From positions 119,570-183,569 of the forward strand of contig CAYYSJ010000002.1 of NCBI GenBank assembly GCA_964474445.1: 64,000 bases of DNA, given 5' to 3'. This stretch comes from an uncultured Gammaproteobacteria bacterium. GTDB lineage: Bacteria; Patescibacteriota; Microgenomatia; Levybacterales; UBA12049. Positions within the stretch are counted from its first letter, which is position 1. Every line of letters starts with the position of its first letter. Below are positions 39,058 to 49,216 of this stretch, piece by piece. The position numbers and the translations under genes were made by a program. The notes below the pieces were generated by a model. The model was not told where the DNA came from, did no database searches, and saw only the letters and a program-made list of their open reading frames with translations.

Positions 39058-39270
39058 ATGGCAAAACAAAAAACAGATAATTATGTACAAAAAAGCGTTG
39101 CAGAACTAAAAGAAACAGTGAAAACACTGAGAGGAGAACTGATGATATTAAGACTGAATCATGCAAAAAGAGAATTAAAGCAAACACGGTCGTTAACAAC
39201 GGTTCGAAAAAATATTGCTCATGCATTAACAGCTTTGAAGGAAAAGGAGGGAATGGTAAAAAATGGCTAA
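39058..39270 (+). CDS. rpmC: 50S ribosomal protein L29
   Basis: The position and sequence ([18 protein letters not shown]) match L29. Confidence 0.85.
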   Translation: MAKQKTDNYVQKSVAELKETVKTLRGELMILRLNHAKRELKQTRSLTTVRKNIAHALTALKEKEGMVKNG

Positions 39271-39496
39271 ATCATTAGTGGGAAAAGTTGTTTCAACAAA
39301 AATGACAGGAAGTGCTGTTGTTGAAGTAACCATGCGAACACCTCATCCTTTGTATAAAAAACTTTTAAAGAAAAGTAAAAAATATATAGTTGATTTAGGA
39401 GGAAAAGACGTGAAAGAAGGAGATTCGGTACGAATTGTTGAGATGAAAAAAGTTGCAAAAAATAAGAATTTTACAATTCAGGAGGTTTTGAAGTAA
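39263..39496 (+). CDS. rpsQ: 30S ribosomal protein S17
   Basis: [18 protein letters not shown]-fold S17. It overlaps rpmC by 8 nt. Confidence 0.9.
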   Translation: MAKSLVGKVVSTKMTGSAVVEVTMRTPHPLYKKLLKKSKKYIVDLGGKDVKEGDSVRIVEMKKVAKNKNFTIQEVLK

Positions 39497-39500
39497 GGAT

Positions 39501-39875
39501 ATGATACAACATAGATCATTATTAAAAGCAGCTGATAACTCAGGAGCAAAAGTCCTTCGAGTTATCCATATCTTTGGTGGTTCAAGGAGAAAATTTGGAT
39601 ACATTGGCGACATTCTTAACTGTGTCGTTATTGAAGCAAGTCCAAATGGTCAAGTAAAAGACAGTGAAATTGTAAAAGTTGTTTTGGTGAGATCTCGAAA
39701 AGAGACAAGAAGAAAAGATGGGTCATATGTTAGATTTTCAGATAATGCAGGCGTTGTTATTGACAATATGAAAGACAAAAATCCAAAAGGGACGCGTATC
39801 TTTGGACCAATTGCGCGAGAAGTAAGAGATGCAGGATTTAATAAGATTGCATCAATGGCTATAGAAGTGGTATAA
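39501..39875 (+). CDS. rplN: 50S ribosomal protein L14
   Basis: [17 protein letters not shown]. Confidence 0.95.
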   Translation: MIQHRSLLKAADNSGAKVLRVIHIFGGSRRKFGYIGDILNCVVIEASPNGQVKDSEIVKVVLVRSRKETRRKDGSYVRFSDNAGVVIDNMKDKNPKGTRIFGPIAREVRDAGFNKIASMAIEVV

Positions 39876-39884
39876 AGGAGCACT

Positions 39885-40205
39885 ATGAAATTATTAAAAA
39901 ATGACGAAATAAAAGTTGTAGCAGGAAAAGACAAAGGCAAGACAGGAAAAATTGAGAAAGTCTTTTCAAAAGAAGCAAAAGTCTTGGTAACTGGGATAAA
40001 TCAGTATAAAAGACATACAAAGGGCGGCTATGGTGGCCAAAAATCAGAAATTTTGACGATTACAAAGCCATTGCCTGTTGCAAATGTGCAACTTGTTTGT
40101 CCACATTGCAAAAAGTTAACACGGGTTGGGTATAAGGTTGAAACAGCAAAAAATGGCGCAGTGAGTAAAACAAGAGTTTGCCGAAAATGCGGAAAGGAAT
40201 TATAA
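39885..40205 (+). CDS. rplX: 50S ribosomal protein L24 with an embedded Cys4 zinc-ribbon at the C-terminus (CPHC...CRKC)
   Basis: KOW motif VAGKDKGKTGKI and TRVGYKVE, with flanking C-x-x-C pairs. Confidence 0.9.
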   Translation: MKLLKNDEIKVVAGKDKGKTGKIEKVFSKEAKVLVTGINQYKRHTKGGYGGQKSEILTITKPLPVANVQLVCPHCKKLTRVGYKVETAKNGAVSKTRVCRKCGKEL

Positions 40206-40209
40206 ACAG

Positions 40210-40749
40210 ATGACATACGTACAAGATAAATATCAAAAAGAAGTAGTAAAAAAATTACAGGAAGAATTGGGGATTAAAAACCCAATGGCTATTCCAGCAA
40301 TTAAAAAAATTGTTGTTAATATGGGTGTCAAACAGGCAACAGCTGACAAGAAAAATATGGAAATTGGTGTAGACGTTATGAAACAGATTACTGGACAAAA
40401 GCCCAAAGTAACAGCAGCAAAAAAGTCTATTGCAAGCTTTAAGCTTCGAGAAGGAGATAAAATTGGTCTTATGGTAACGTTGAGAGGTAACAGAATGTAT
40501 AACTTTTATGGTAAACTAGTAGACGTTGTCTTACCTCGTTTGAAAGATTTCAGAGGAGTTAATAAAGATAGTTTTGATACAAAAGGGAATTACACCCTTG
40601 GTCTTTCAGAATATTCAGTATTTCCAGAAATAGATCCAGGAAAGATTGATAGAGTTCAAGGATTACAAATTACTATTGTAACGAATGCTCAGACAAAGGA
40701 GCATGCACAGGCATTATTGAAAGCAATGGGTATGCCGTTTGTAAAGTAA
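40210..40749 (+). CDS. rplE: 50S ribosomal protein L5
   Basis: Conserved L5. Confidence 0.95.
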   Translation: MTYVQDKYQKEVVKKLQEELGIKNPMAIPAIKKIVVNMGVKQATADKKNMEIGVDVMKQITGQKPKVTAAKKSIASFKLREGDKIGLMVTLRGNRMYNFYGKLVDVVLPRLKDFRGVNKDSFDTKGNYTLGLSEYSVFPEIDPGKIDRVQGLQITIVTNAQTKEHAQALLKAMGMPFVK

Positions 40750-40764
40750 AAAAAGGAAAATTAT

Positions 40765-40950
40765 ATGGCAAAAACATCAGATATTGTTAAATTTAAGAGA
40801 AAGCAAAAATTTGCAGTCAGAATGAAAAATAGATGCAATCTATGTGGTAGATCACGGGCATATATACGACGATTTGGCATTTGCAGAATGTGTTTTAGAG
40901 AATTAGCGCAGAAAGGAGAATTGCCAGGAGTATTAAAGGCAAGTTGGTAA
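40765..40950 (+). CDS. rpsN: 30S ribosomal protein S14 type Z (zinc-binding, 61 aa)
   Basis: [23 protein letters not shown] Cys4 motif. Confidence 0.95.
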   Translation: MAKTSDIVKFKRKQKFAVRMKNRCNLCGRSRAYIRRFGICRMCFRELAQKGELPGVLKASW

Positions 40951-40954
40951 AACT

Positions 40955-41347
40955 ATGAATTATTCAGTAGCAGATTTTATTATTAGATTAAAAAATGCAG
41001 CAGCAGCCAGGAGAAGAGAGGTTGTACTTCCTTATTCCAAGTTGAATAAAGCAATTGGAGGAGTTTTAGTAAAACGACATCTTCTCGAGTCAATCAAAGA
41101 AGAGACCAAAGAGGGGAAAAAGCAGCTTGTTGGAGTGATAACTTTTGATAAAAGACATGCAGCATTTACAGAAGTTGTTGTTATTTCAAAGCCATCTCTT
41201 CGAGTCTATGCTGGCTCTCATGATGAAGTTGGTCTTATGGGTCGAGGACTTGGAATAACAGTTGTCAGTACCAGTCACGGTGTTATGACAGGGAGAGATG
41301 CATTTAAGAAAGGAGTCGGAGGAGAAGTTCTCTTTAAGATTTGGTAA
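40955..41347 (+). CDS. rpsH: 30S ribosomal protein S8
   Basis: Conserved S8. Confidence 0.9.
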   Translation: MNYSVADFIIRLKNAAAARRREVVLPYSKLNKAIGGVLVKRHLLESIKEETKEGKKQLVGVITFDKRHAAFTEVVVISKPSLRVYAGSHDEVGLMGRGLGITVVSTSHGVMTGRDAFKKGVGGEVLFKIW

Positions 41348-41350
41348 GCT

Positions 41351-41902
41351 ATGTCAAAAATCGGTAAATTACCAATTACGATAAATGGTGGTGTTACAGT
41401 AACTGTTACTGGTGACGTTGTCACTGTTGCAGGGCCAAAAGGAAATGCATCCTATACTCTTCCAAAAGGCATTACAGCAGCCGTTGAAGAAGGGAAAGTT
41501 GTTGTGAAACAGGAAGAAAAAACTAAAGGTGAGACAAAAAACTTATTTGGCCTGACGCGAGCGCTTCTTGCTAATATGGTAAAAGGTGTTTCAACAGGTG
41601 TTGAGAAAAAACTTGAGCTCTCTGGAGTTGGGTACAGAGCACAAGCAAGCGGATCAGACTTAACACTGTCCGTTGGGTTTTCTCACCCAGTAAAAATAAA
41701 AGCACCAGCTGGAGTAACATTCACTGTTGCAGAGAACGTCATTACAGTAAGTGGAACAGACAAGGCAATAGTTGGACTTATTGCATCACAAGTGAGAGCT
41801 GTCAGACCACCAGAACCATACAAGGGGAAGGGAATTAAATATCAAGGTGAATACATTAGAAAGAAAGCTGGAAAAGCAGCCAAGGCTGTCGGAGGGAAAT
41901 AA
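41351..41902 (+). CDS. rplF: 50S ribosomal protein L6
   Basis: Conserved L6 duplicated domain. Confidence 0.9.
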   Translation: MSKIGKLPITINGGVTVTVTGDVVTVAGPKGNASYTLPKGITAAVEEGKVVVKQEEKTKGETKNLFGLTRALLANMVKGVSTGVEKKLELSGVGYRAQASGSDLTLSVGFSHPVKIKAPAGVTFTVAENVITVSGTDKAIVGLIASQVRAVRPPEPYKGKGIKYQGEYIRKKAGKAAKAVGGK

Positions 41903-41907
41903 AAAAT

Positions 41908-42255
41908 ATGGAAAATAAAATTTTGAGAGCAAATAAACGAAAGACAAGAATTAGGGTAAAAATTGCTGGAACAAATGAAGCACCAAGACTTTCTGTTCAT
42001 AGAACAAATGCTTATGTCTATGCACAACTGATTGATGATGCAAAAGCAGTAACACTTGTTGGTGTATCAGAAAAAGAATTAGGAAAAGTTGCAGGAACAA
42101 AAACAGAAAAAGCGAGAGCATTAGGTGCATTGCTTGCAAAAAAAGCAGAAGAGAAAAAAATTAAAAAAGTTGTTTTTGATAAAGGTGCATTCCAATACCA
42201 TGGTCGAGTAAAAGCTTTTGCAGAAGGAGCCAGAGAAGGAGGGCTAGAATTCTAA
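41908..42255 (+). CDS. rplR: 50S ribosomal protein L18
   Basis: Conserved L18. Confidence 0.9.
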   Translation: MENKILRANKRKTRIRVKIAGTNEAPRLSVHRTNAYVYAQLIDDAKAVTLVGVSEKELGKVAGTKTEKARALGALLAKKAEEKKIKKVVFDKGAFQYHGRVKAFAEGAREGGLEF

Positions 42256-42279
42256 GGGAATATTAGAAACATTCAGAAT

Positions 42280-42816
42280 ATGGCATTCAATAGAAATCAA
42301 AACCAAAGAAGAGAAATGAATCAACAACCATCAGAATTTTCTGAAGATATTGTGATGATTAACAGAATCTCTAAGAAAACTCAGGGAGGAAATAAAGTAA
42401 GTTTTGCAGCCCTTGCAGTTGTTGGAGATAAAAAGGGTCGAGTTGGTGCAGGACACGGAAAAGCAGCTGACGTTGCTTCAGCTATCCGAAAGGGTGTCGC
42501 AGCAGCTAAAAAACACCTCATCGAAGTCCCAATTGTGAACGGCACTATTCCATTCAGTGTTAATGTGAAATTAAAAGCAGCACGAGTGATGCTCAAGCCA
42601 GCACCTGCAGGATCAGGTATTATCGCTGGAGGAGCAATCAGAAGTATTGTATCAGCAGTAGGAATTACCAATGTTTCTTCAAAAGTTTTGGGAAGTGACA
42701 ACAAGGCAAGTAATGTTTACGCTGCACTTGAAGCATTAAGACAAATTGCAGAGTTACACAAGAAGAATCAAAATAAAAAAGTTTCAAAAGCATCAAAAGT
42801 GTCAAAGGAGGAATAA
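42280..42816 (+). CDS. rpsE: 30S ribosomal protein S5 with N- and C-terminal low-complexity extensions
   Basis: Conserved S5 dsRBD and C-terminal domains. Confidence 0.95.
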   Translation: MAFNRNQNQRREMNQQPSEFSEDIVMINRISKKTQGGNKVSFAALAVVGDKKGRVGAGHGKAADVASAIRKGVAAAKKHLIEVPIVNGTIPFSVNVKLKAARVMLKPAPAGSGIIAGGAIRSIVSAVGITNVSSKVLGSDNKASNVYAALEALRQIAELHKKNQNKKVSKASKVSKEE

Positions 42817-42819
42817 GAA

Positions 42820-43266
42820 ATGAATTTAAGTAATTTAGTCAAAGTAACACACAAATCACAAAAAAGAAAAGGACAAGGTCATGGTTCTGGAAAAGTCAAA
42901 ACGTCTGGTCGAGGTCAAAAAGGTCAAAAAGCTCGAGGAAAAATTCCATTCACAAAATATAGTGGTGGATCATTGGCTTTTGTAAAGCGTTTGCCATTCC
43001 TTCGAGGCAAAGATAAAAATTACTCATTCAAAAATAAACCTGTTGTTGTTGATGTGGCAGACCTTAACAAACTTCCAAAAGGAGCAACTGTTGATCTTGC
43101 CTCATTAGTTGCACACAAAGTTGTTAATGAGAAAGAAGCAAAGCGGGATGGAATTAAAGTATTGGGAAGTGGAGAGCTAACTGTTGCCCTCACAGTTAAG
43201 CTGCCTGTCTCCAAAAGTGCACAGGAGAAAATTGAAAAAGCCGGGGGAAAAGTAGAACTGAGCTAA
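42820..43266 (+). CDS. rplO: 50S ribosomal protein L15 (directly follows rpsE; no rpmD/L30 between)
   Basis: Gly/Lys-rich N-terminus ([26 protein letters not shown]). Confidence 0.9.
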   Translation: MNLSNLVKVTHKSQKRKGQGHGSGKVKTSGRGQKGQKARGKIPFTKYSGGSLAFVKRLPFLRGKDKNYSFKNKPVVVDVADLNKLPKGATVDLASLVAHKVVNEKEAKRDGIKVLGSGELTVALTVKLPVSKSAQEKIEKAGGKVELS

Positions 43267-44552
43267 TGAACAATATTCTTTCGCTTTTTAGAAAGAGTTT
43301 TCAATCACCAGAGATTCGTCGTAAACTCCTCTTTACTGCAGCTATTTTTGTTGTATTTAGGTTATTTGCACATATCCCAGTAAGCGGTGTCAACGTTGCA
43401 AGTCTTCGAGCGCTTTTTGCCCAGAATCAATTCTTAGGTCTTCTGGATATTTTTTCAGGTGGCACCCTTGCAAACTTTTCTATCATGGCGTTAGGTCTTA
43501 ACCCGTATATCAATGCATCCATTATTCTCCAATTGTTGACAATGGTCTTTCCAAAACTTGAGGAAATGTCTAAGGAGGGAGAAGCCGGGAGACAAAAAAT
43601 CAATCAATATACCAGACTTTTGACTGTTCCATTAGCAGGTTTGCAAGCATTTGGCATGTTTTTGTTGCTTCGCAGTCAAGGCATCATTCACAATTTTAAC
43701 GCACTGCAAATTGTTGGTCTTATCGTTACCATGACTGCTGGGACTATGCTTCTCGTGTGGTTTGGTGAGCTTATTACAGAACGAGGCATCGGAAACGGCA
43801 TTTCTATGCTTATTTTTGCTGGTATTATTGGAAGACTCCCGGTTGCATTCACTCAAACAGTTACCACAACATCAAGCGAGAACACTTTTAACTTATTGAT
43901 CTTCTTGGGTCTTGGGCTTGCTGTGATTGCAGGAATTGTGATTACGAATGAAGCAACACGACAAATTCCTGTATTTTATGCAAAACAAGTGAGAGGAAAT
44001 AAAACGTATGGAAATCAATCGACACACTTGCCCTTGAGGCTTAATCAAGCAGGGGTTATCCCAATTATTTTTGCGGTATCTCTCGTTTTACTTCCTTCAC
44101 TTATCGCAAACTTTTTAGGCACGGCAAAAAATCCAGCAACGCATACTATTTCTGCTTGGCTTACAACAACCTTTAATCCAAACGGATGGGTCTATAACAT
44201 TGCTTACTTCTTGCTTGTTGTAGGGTTTACCTATTTCTATACTGCTGTTATTTTTAATCCAAATAAAATAGCTGAAGATATCCAAAAATATGGTGGATTC
44301 ATCCCTGGCGTTCGTCCAGGCAAGCAAACAGCACAGTATTTAAATTATGTTTTAACTCGTATTACTCTTGCAGGTGCACTATTTTTAGGTATTATTGCTA
44401 TTTTTCCAACTCTAGCAAAGAGTTTTACAAACATTCAGACCCTTCTCCTAGGAGGTACTGGTATTTTAATTGTAGTTAGTGTAATATTAGAATCTGTTAA
44501 AGCAATAGAAGCGCAGCTTGTTATGCGCAATTATGAAAGGTTTGTACAATAG
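43266..44552 (+). CDS. secY: Preprotein translocase subunit SecY
   Basis: 10-TM SecY sequence in the conserved position after rplO. Confidence 0.95.
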   Translation: MNNILSLFRKSFQSPEIRRKLLFTAAIFVVFRLFAHIPVSGVNVASLRALFAQNQFLGLLDIFSGGTLANFSIMALGLNPYINASIILQLLTMVFPKLEEMSKEGEAGRQKINQYTRLLTVPLAGLQAFGMFLLLRSQGIIHNFNALQIVGLIVTMTAGTMLLVWFGELITERGIGNGISMLIFAGIIGRLPVAFTQTVTTTSSENTFNLLIFLGLGLAVIAGIVITNEATRQIPVFYAKQVRGNKTYGNQSTHLPLRLNQAGVIPIIFAVSLVLLPSLIANFLGTAKNPATHTISAWLTTTFNPNGWVYNIAYFLLVVGFTYFYTAVIFNPNKIAEDIQKYGGFIPGVRPGKQTAQYLNYVLTRITLAGALFLGIIAIFPTLAKSFTNIQTLLLGGTGILIVVSVILESVKAIEAQLVMRNYERFVQ

Positions 44553-44569
44553 TACTAGTAACTAAATTC

Positions 44570-45139
44570 ATGAAACTCATACTGATTGGTATTCAAGGAG
44601 CTGGAAAATCAACCCAAGGAAATATCCTTTCAAAAAAGTTAAAAATACCCTACCTCTCAACAGGTCATATTTTCCGTACAATGGCTCAGGAAAAAACCAC
44701 TGTGGGCCGATACATTAAAGAAGTCATGAATGCAGGCTTTTTAATTCCAGACAAGAAAACACTTGAAATTGTTAGTGAATATCTTTCTCGTCCAGAATAT
44801 GAAAAAGGATACATTATGGACGGATTTCCACGAACCGCAGGTCAAGCAAAAACATTTAAAAATGGGTTAAATGCTGTCATTTATTTGAAAGTAAGTGATA
44901 GAGAGGCTTTATGGAGACTTTCTTTTAGAGACCAGGCAGGCCGAGAAGATGAAACATTGACGGCTCTTCGAAAAAGAATAGAGCTTTTCCATAAATTTAC
45001 TGAGCCAGTTTTGGATTATTACAGAGAAAAAGGCATGTTAATCGAAATTGATGGAGAAAAACCAATCAATGAAATTACAAGCGAAATTTTGGAGAAACTT
45101 GCACAAATTGAAAAAAAGAATGAGCAGCTTACCAAGTAA
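44570..45139 (+). CDS. adk: Adenylate kinase (short, no zinc lid)
   Basis: GIQGAGKSTQG P-loop and the adk core. Confidence 0.9.
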   Translation: MKLILIGIQGAGKSTQGNILSKKLKIPYLSTGHIFRTMAQEKTTVGRYIKEVMNAGFLIPDKKTLEIVSEYLSRPEYEKGYIMDGFPRTAGQAKTFKNGLNAVIYLKVSDREALWRLSFRDQAGREDETLTALRKRIELFHKFTEPVLDYYREKGMLIEIDGEKPINEITSEILEKLAQIEKKNEQLTK

Positions 45140-45695
45140 TAGACCACTCATTATCGGTATAACCGGTGCATTTGGAAGCGGAAAATCAACTGCAAGCTCT
45201 TTCTTCTCGAAAAATGGCTTCCAAGACATCGCCCTTTCATCATTCCTGGAAGAAGAAGCTCACAGACGGGGAGAAACAAAAATAACCAGAAAAGTTCTTC
45301 AAGATATTGGGAATGAATGGCGAGGGCTATACGGAAAAGGAATACTTGCGCAAAAGGCCTTGGAAACTGTTAATGCAGGTGAGAAAATTGTTATTGATGG
45401 CATTCGAAACGTTGGAGAGGTAGAGATTCTTCGAGAAACAGGTAACTTTGTACTTTTAGCAGTCGTCAGCGATCGAGCAAATCGGTTTGAACGGTTAAAA
45501 ACAATGAAAAGGCGTGAAGAACTAACGTGGGATTTATTTGAGAAGCTTGATTATCGAGATTTAGGTATACGGCAGGAAGAAAAAGGCTTACAGGTTGCAG
45601 CATGCATTGCTCTTGCTGACAGATTTATTGAAAATAATGGAACATTTGAAGGGTTTGTGAAAAGACTAGAAGGATTAGTTCAAGAACTGAGATAG
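45120..45695 (+). CDS. P-loop nucleotide/nucleoside kinase-like protein (dephospho-CoA kinase/dNMP-kinase-like fold)
   Basis: IIGITGAFGSGKST Walker A. Probable start at MSSLPSN (45120) overlaps the adk 3' end by 20 nt in another frame. Confidence 0.5.
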   Translation: MSSLPSNRPLIIGITGAFGSGKSTASSFFSKNGFQDIALSSFLEEEAHRRGETKITRKVLQDIGNEWRGLYGKGILAQKALETVNAGEKIVIDGIRNVGEVEILRETGNFVLLAVVSDRANRFERLKTMKRREELTWDLFEKLDYRDLGIRQEEKGLQVAACIALADRFIENNGTFEGFVKRLEGLVQELR

Positions 45696-45707
45696 TATTT
45701 AAATTTC

Positions 45708-46448
45708 TTGACTTTCTTACACATACATAAACGATATTTGAAATATATGGATACAGACAAAAAAGTATTACATGCGATAGCAATTGATGGTCCAGTAGCG
45801 GCTGGAAAAGGGACGATTGCTACAGCACTCAGTAAACGATTAAAGGGATTTCATTTGAATACGGGTGCGATGTATCGATGCCTTGCTCTCTACTGCCTCG
45901 AACAAAATATCCCTGTACAAAAGGTAGATCAGGTTATTGCAGGACTTTCTCGTATTTGGTTTGATTTAGAACCTGACAAAGTCTTTTTAAATGGTGTTGA
46001 TGTAACTGAAAAGATAAAGCAACGTGCAGTGACACAGCTTGTTGCAAAAGTAGCGGCTATTGGACAAGTCAGAGAGGAAATGGTGAAGCGTCAACAAGAA
46101 ATCGGACGTAAAAAGATTGCTCAGGGGATGATTGTCATTGCAGAGGGACGGGACGCGGCAACAAAAATTTTTCCTGATGCATTATTAAAGATTTTTCTCA
46201 CTGCCCGTCCTGAAATACGAGCACAGAGGCGTTTTGAGCAGATGGGAGGCAAAAACAATCATACCATTACATACGAACAAATTTTATCTGATACGAACGA
46301 GCGGGATAGACGAGATTATGAGCGGAAAGTTGATCCATTAGTAAAAAATCCAAAAGAAATGGGATATGTTGTATTAGATAATTCAGACCTGAGTGAAGAA
46401 GAGACAGTGCAGGCAGTTGCTGATGCATGGGAGAAGATAAACAAATGA
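45708..46448 (+). CDS. cmk: Cytidylate kinase
   Basis: IAIDGPVAAGKGT P-loop and the CMP-kinase core. The true start may be MDTDKK at 45747. Confidence 0.85.
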   Translation: MTFLHIHKRYLKYMDTDKKVLHAIAIDGPVAAGKGTIATALSKRLKGFHLNTGAMYRCLALYCLEQNIPVQKVDQVIAGLSRIWFDLEPDKVFLNGVDVTEKIKQRAVTQLVAKVAAIGQVREEMVKRQQEIGRKKIAQGMIVIAEGRDAATKIFPDALLKIFLTARPEIRAQRRFEQMGGKNNHTITYEQILSDTNERDRRDYERKVDPLVKNPKEMGYVVLDNSDLSEEETVQAVADAWEKINK

Positions 46449-47224
46449 GAATACCTATTAAAACACCACAAGAGATAGAAATAATGGTACGGGGAGGAAA
46501 AATCCTTTCAGAGACAATGTGGGAGGTCCTTAAACATGCAAAACCAGGAGTTAGCGAGCTAGAGCTTGACGCTCTTGCAGAGAAACTTATCCGTAAGCAG
46601 GGTGGAGAGCCTGGATTTAAAAAGGTGGAAGGATACAAGCATACCATTTGTATTTCAACAAACCAGGTAGTTGTGCATGGTATCCCCACTCCTTACAGGT
46701 TACAAGAGGGAGATATTGTGGGGATTGATTGTGGGGTCTTTTTAGATGGCTTTCACACAGACATGTCAGAGTCTATTCAAGTGAAACGAGAAGGATCAAC
46801 AGTTAACAGTGAAGAGAGTAGAAAGATTGATCAATTTTTGGCGACCGGGAAAAAAGCACTTGAGGAGGCTATTCAACAGGTAAAACCTGGTAATAGGATT
46901 GGTCATATCTCCCAAACGATTCAGAAAATCGTTGAAGGTGGTGGATATAGTGTGGTTCGTGAGCTTATTGGCCACGGTGTAGGAAAGGAATTGCATGAAG
47001 ATCCCCCTGTACCTGGATATTTCTCAGGGAAACTTGAAAAAACTCCCCTGCTTCGTGAAGGAATGGTGATTGCTGTTGAAATTATCTATAACATGGGGAA
47101 AAAAGCTGTCGTTTTTTCTGGAACAGATGACTGGACAATTGAGACAAAAGATGGGTCGTTATCAGGCCTTTTTGAGCGTACTATTGCAATAACAGCAGGA
47201 GGACATAAGATTTTAACCCCCTAG
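46445..47224 (+). CDS. map: Methionine aminopeptidase type I
   Basis: Pita-bread fold motifs (GHGVGKELHEDP, D..D metal ligands). ATGA start/stop overlap with cmk. Confidence 0.9.
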   Translation: MRIPIKTPQEIEIMVRGGKILSETMWEVLKHAKPGVSELELDALAEKLIRKQGGEPGFKKVEGYKHTICISTNQVVVHGIPTPYRLQEGDIVGIDCGVFLDGFHTDMSESIQVKREGSTVNSEESRKIDQFLATGKKALEEAIQQVKPGNRIGHISQTIQKIVEGGGYSVVRELIGHGVGKELHEDPPVPGYFSGKLEKTPLLREGMVIAVEIIYNMGKKAVVFSGTDDWTIETKDGSLSGLFERTIAITAGGHKILTP

Positions 47225-47304
47225 GTGTTCACAAGTTCAGAAAATGCTAAATTCTGGTATACTGACTCTATCTAGTTTTCTGAGTATTCTGACCTTCTGA
47301 GTTA

Positions 47305-47333
47305 TTGCTCTTTGAGGCAAGGTTTGATATAAT
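47305..47333 (+). promoter_or_regulatory. Promoter for the infA-rpmJ-rpsM-rpsK-rpsD-rpoA cluster (TTGCTC, 17 nt, extended TGATATAAT)
   Basis: Hexamers at 47305-47310 and 47328-47333. Confidence 0.45.
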
Positions 47334-47352
47334 AAGTCTCTAGTTGAGATAA

Positions 47353-47571
47353 ATGGCACATCAAGGATCTTACGAAGTGGAAGGGATTGTAAAAGAGTCT
47401 CTTCCTAATACGTTATTTAGAGTCGAGTTATTCGACGGATCAGTTGTTTTGTGTCATTTAGCTGGCAAAATGCGAATTAATTTTGTCAAAATTTTACCAG
47501 GAGATAAAGTCAGAGTAGAAATGACTGAATATGACAAAACCAAGGGTAGAATTATTTCGAGAGGGAGATAG
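47353..47571 (+). CDS. infA: Translation initiation factor IF-1
   Basis: A 72-aa S1-like OB fold, highly conserved. Confidence 0.95.
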   Translation: MAHQGSYEVEGIVKESLPNTLFRVELFDGSVVLCHLAGKMRINFVKILPGDKVRVEMTEYDKTKGRIISRGR

Positions 47572-47576
47572 AAACT

Positions 47577-47690
47577 ATGAAAGTACAAGCAAGCGTCAAA
47601 CCAAGATGTGCAAAATGCAAAGTTATTAAGCGAAAAGGAGTGCTTCGTGTTGTTTGCGAAAATCCACGACACAAGCAGCGCCAAGGATAA
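47577..47690 (+). CDS. rpmJ: 50S ribosomal protein L36 (37 aa; not in the ORF track)
   Basis: Translation [37 protein letters not shown] with the C-C-C-H zinc ribbon, in the conserved infA-rpmJ-rpsM position. Confidence 0.9.
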   Translation: MKVQASVKPRCAKCKVIKRKGVLRVVCENPRHKQRQG

Positions 47691-47693
47691 TCT

Positions 47694-48101
47694 ATGAGAA
47701 TTTCAGGAATTACAATACCAGACGAAAAAAGAGTTGATATCTCTTTGACTTATTTATATGGTGTTGGCAGAAGTAATGCAAAGGATGTTTTGAAAAAAGC
47801 AGGAGTAGATAGTGCAAAAAGAGTAAAAGATTTATCGGAAGATGATCAAAAGAACATTGCAAAGATTCTTGAATCCTACAAGCTTGAGGGAGATTTACGA
47901 GCAGAAGTTACTGGAAATATAAAAAGACTTCGAGAAGTTGGTACATACCGAGGAAGTAGACATACACATAACTTACCTTCAAGAGGACAAAGAACAAGAT
48001 CAAATGCTCGTACGAAGAGAGGAAAGAGATTAACCATTGGAGCTATTAAGAAAGAAGTTGCAGCAAAGATGGAAGCATCAAAAGCAAAAACAACAAAGTA
48101 A
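47694..48101 (+). CDS. rpsM: 30S ribosomal protein S13
   Basis: MRISGITIPDEKRV. Confidence 0.95.
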   Translation: MRISGITIPDEKRVDISLTYLYGVGRSNAKDVLKKAGVDSAKRVKDLSEDDQKNIAKILESYKLEGDLRAEVTGNIKRLREVGTYRGSRHTHNLPSRGQRTRSNARTKRGKRLTIGAIKKEVAAKMEASKAKTTK

Positions 48102-48104
48102 CCT

Positions 48105-48524
48105 ATGGCAAAGAATGTAAAATCAAATGAAAAAAAGTCTGGAGCATCTACTGGACGCAAGAAAAGCGGAGTAGCAGTTAGTACATCAGGCAAAATTTTT
48201 ATTTCTGCTACCTTTAATAACACATTGGTAACTGTTACCAATGATAAAGGAGAAACAGTTTCTTGGAGTTCATCTGGAGCAAAAGGTTTCAAGGGTGCAA
48301 GAAAGTCTACTCCTTATGCTGCGTCATTAGCAGTAGAAGATGCAGCGAAAAAGGCACTTGAAAAAGGACTAAAATCAGTTGAGGTATTTGTGAAGGGTCC
48401 AGGTTCCGGACGAGATAGCGCTCTCCGGGCAATCCGTTCTGCAGGGCTTTCAATTGCTCTGATTGCAGATATTACCCCTATCCCACATAATGGACCTCGA
48501 GCAAAAAAGAAAAGGAGAGTCTAA
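48105..48524 (+). CDS. rpsK: 30S ribosomal protein S11
   Basis: Conserved S11. Confidence 0.95.
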   Translation: MAKNVKSNEKKSGASTGRKKSGVAVSTSGKIFISATFNNTLVTVTNDKGETVSWSSSGAKGFKGARKSTPYAASLAVEDAAKKALEKGLKSVEVFVKGPGSGRDSALRAIRSAGLSIALIADITPIPHNGPRAKKKRRV

Positions 48525-48533
48525 CGAAATAGT

Positions 48534-49136
48534 ATGGCACGATATACAGGACCAAAACATAAATTAGCACGACGAGAAGGCATTAACCTGATTGATAAGC
48601 AATCAGCAACCCTTCAAAAAAGATTAACTGTTAAACCAGGAGTGCATGGTGGTAAAAGAGCGAGAAAACTTTCAGAATTTGGACTTCAGCTGCGAGAAAA
48701 ACAAAAAGCAAAAAATATGTACGGTGTTTTAGAAAAACAATTTGCCAATATGGTGCATAATGTTCAAAAAATCAAAGGCGATACTTCAGAGGCAATTATT
48801 GCTCGACTTGAAAGAAGACTTGATAATATCGTCTATCGATTAGGATTTACAAAATCACGATTTATGGCACGCCAATTTGTCTCACACGGGCATGTGTTGG
48901 TAAATGGTAAAAAGTTAACAATTCCTTCTTACCTCGTAGAGTCAGGAGATATTATTGAACTTGGGAAAAAAATTCAAGAAAATCCAGATGTTGTTAAAGT
49001 AATGGCAGATGATAAAGTCCTTTTACCATTTTTGGAAAGAAAAGGACATGTAGGTAAATTAGTACGAGATCCAAAAAGACAAGACGTTGAAGTACCATTT
49101 GACGTCCAAATGATTATCGAATACTACTCACGATAA
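48534..49136 (+). CDS. rpsD: 30S ribosomal protein S4
   Basis: MARYTGPKHKLARREG. Confidence 0.95.
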   Translation: MARYTGPKHKLARREGINLIDKQSATLQKRLTVKPGVHGGKRARKLSEFGLQLREKQKAKNMYGVLEKQFANMVHNVQKIKGDTSEAIIARLERRLDNIVYRLGFTKSRFMARQFVSHGHVLVNGKKLTIPSYLVESGDIIELGKKIQENPDVVKVMADDKVLLPFLERKGHVGKLVRDPKRQDVEVPFDVQMIIEYYSR

Positions 49137-49216
49137 GCATAATAGAATGCTTGTGAAGCAAGCAAATTTGCGTGTTGAATATTATTCGAAGAAATGGTAA
49201 AATACCTATTACTATT

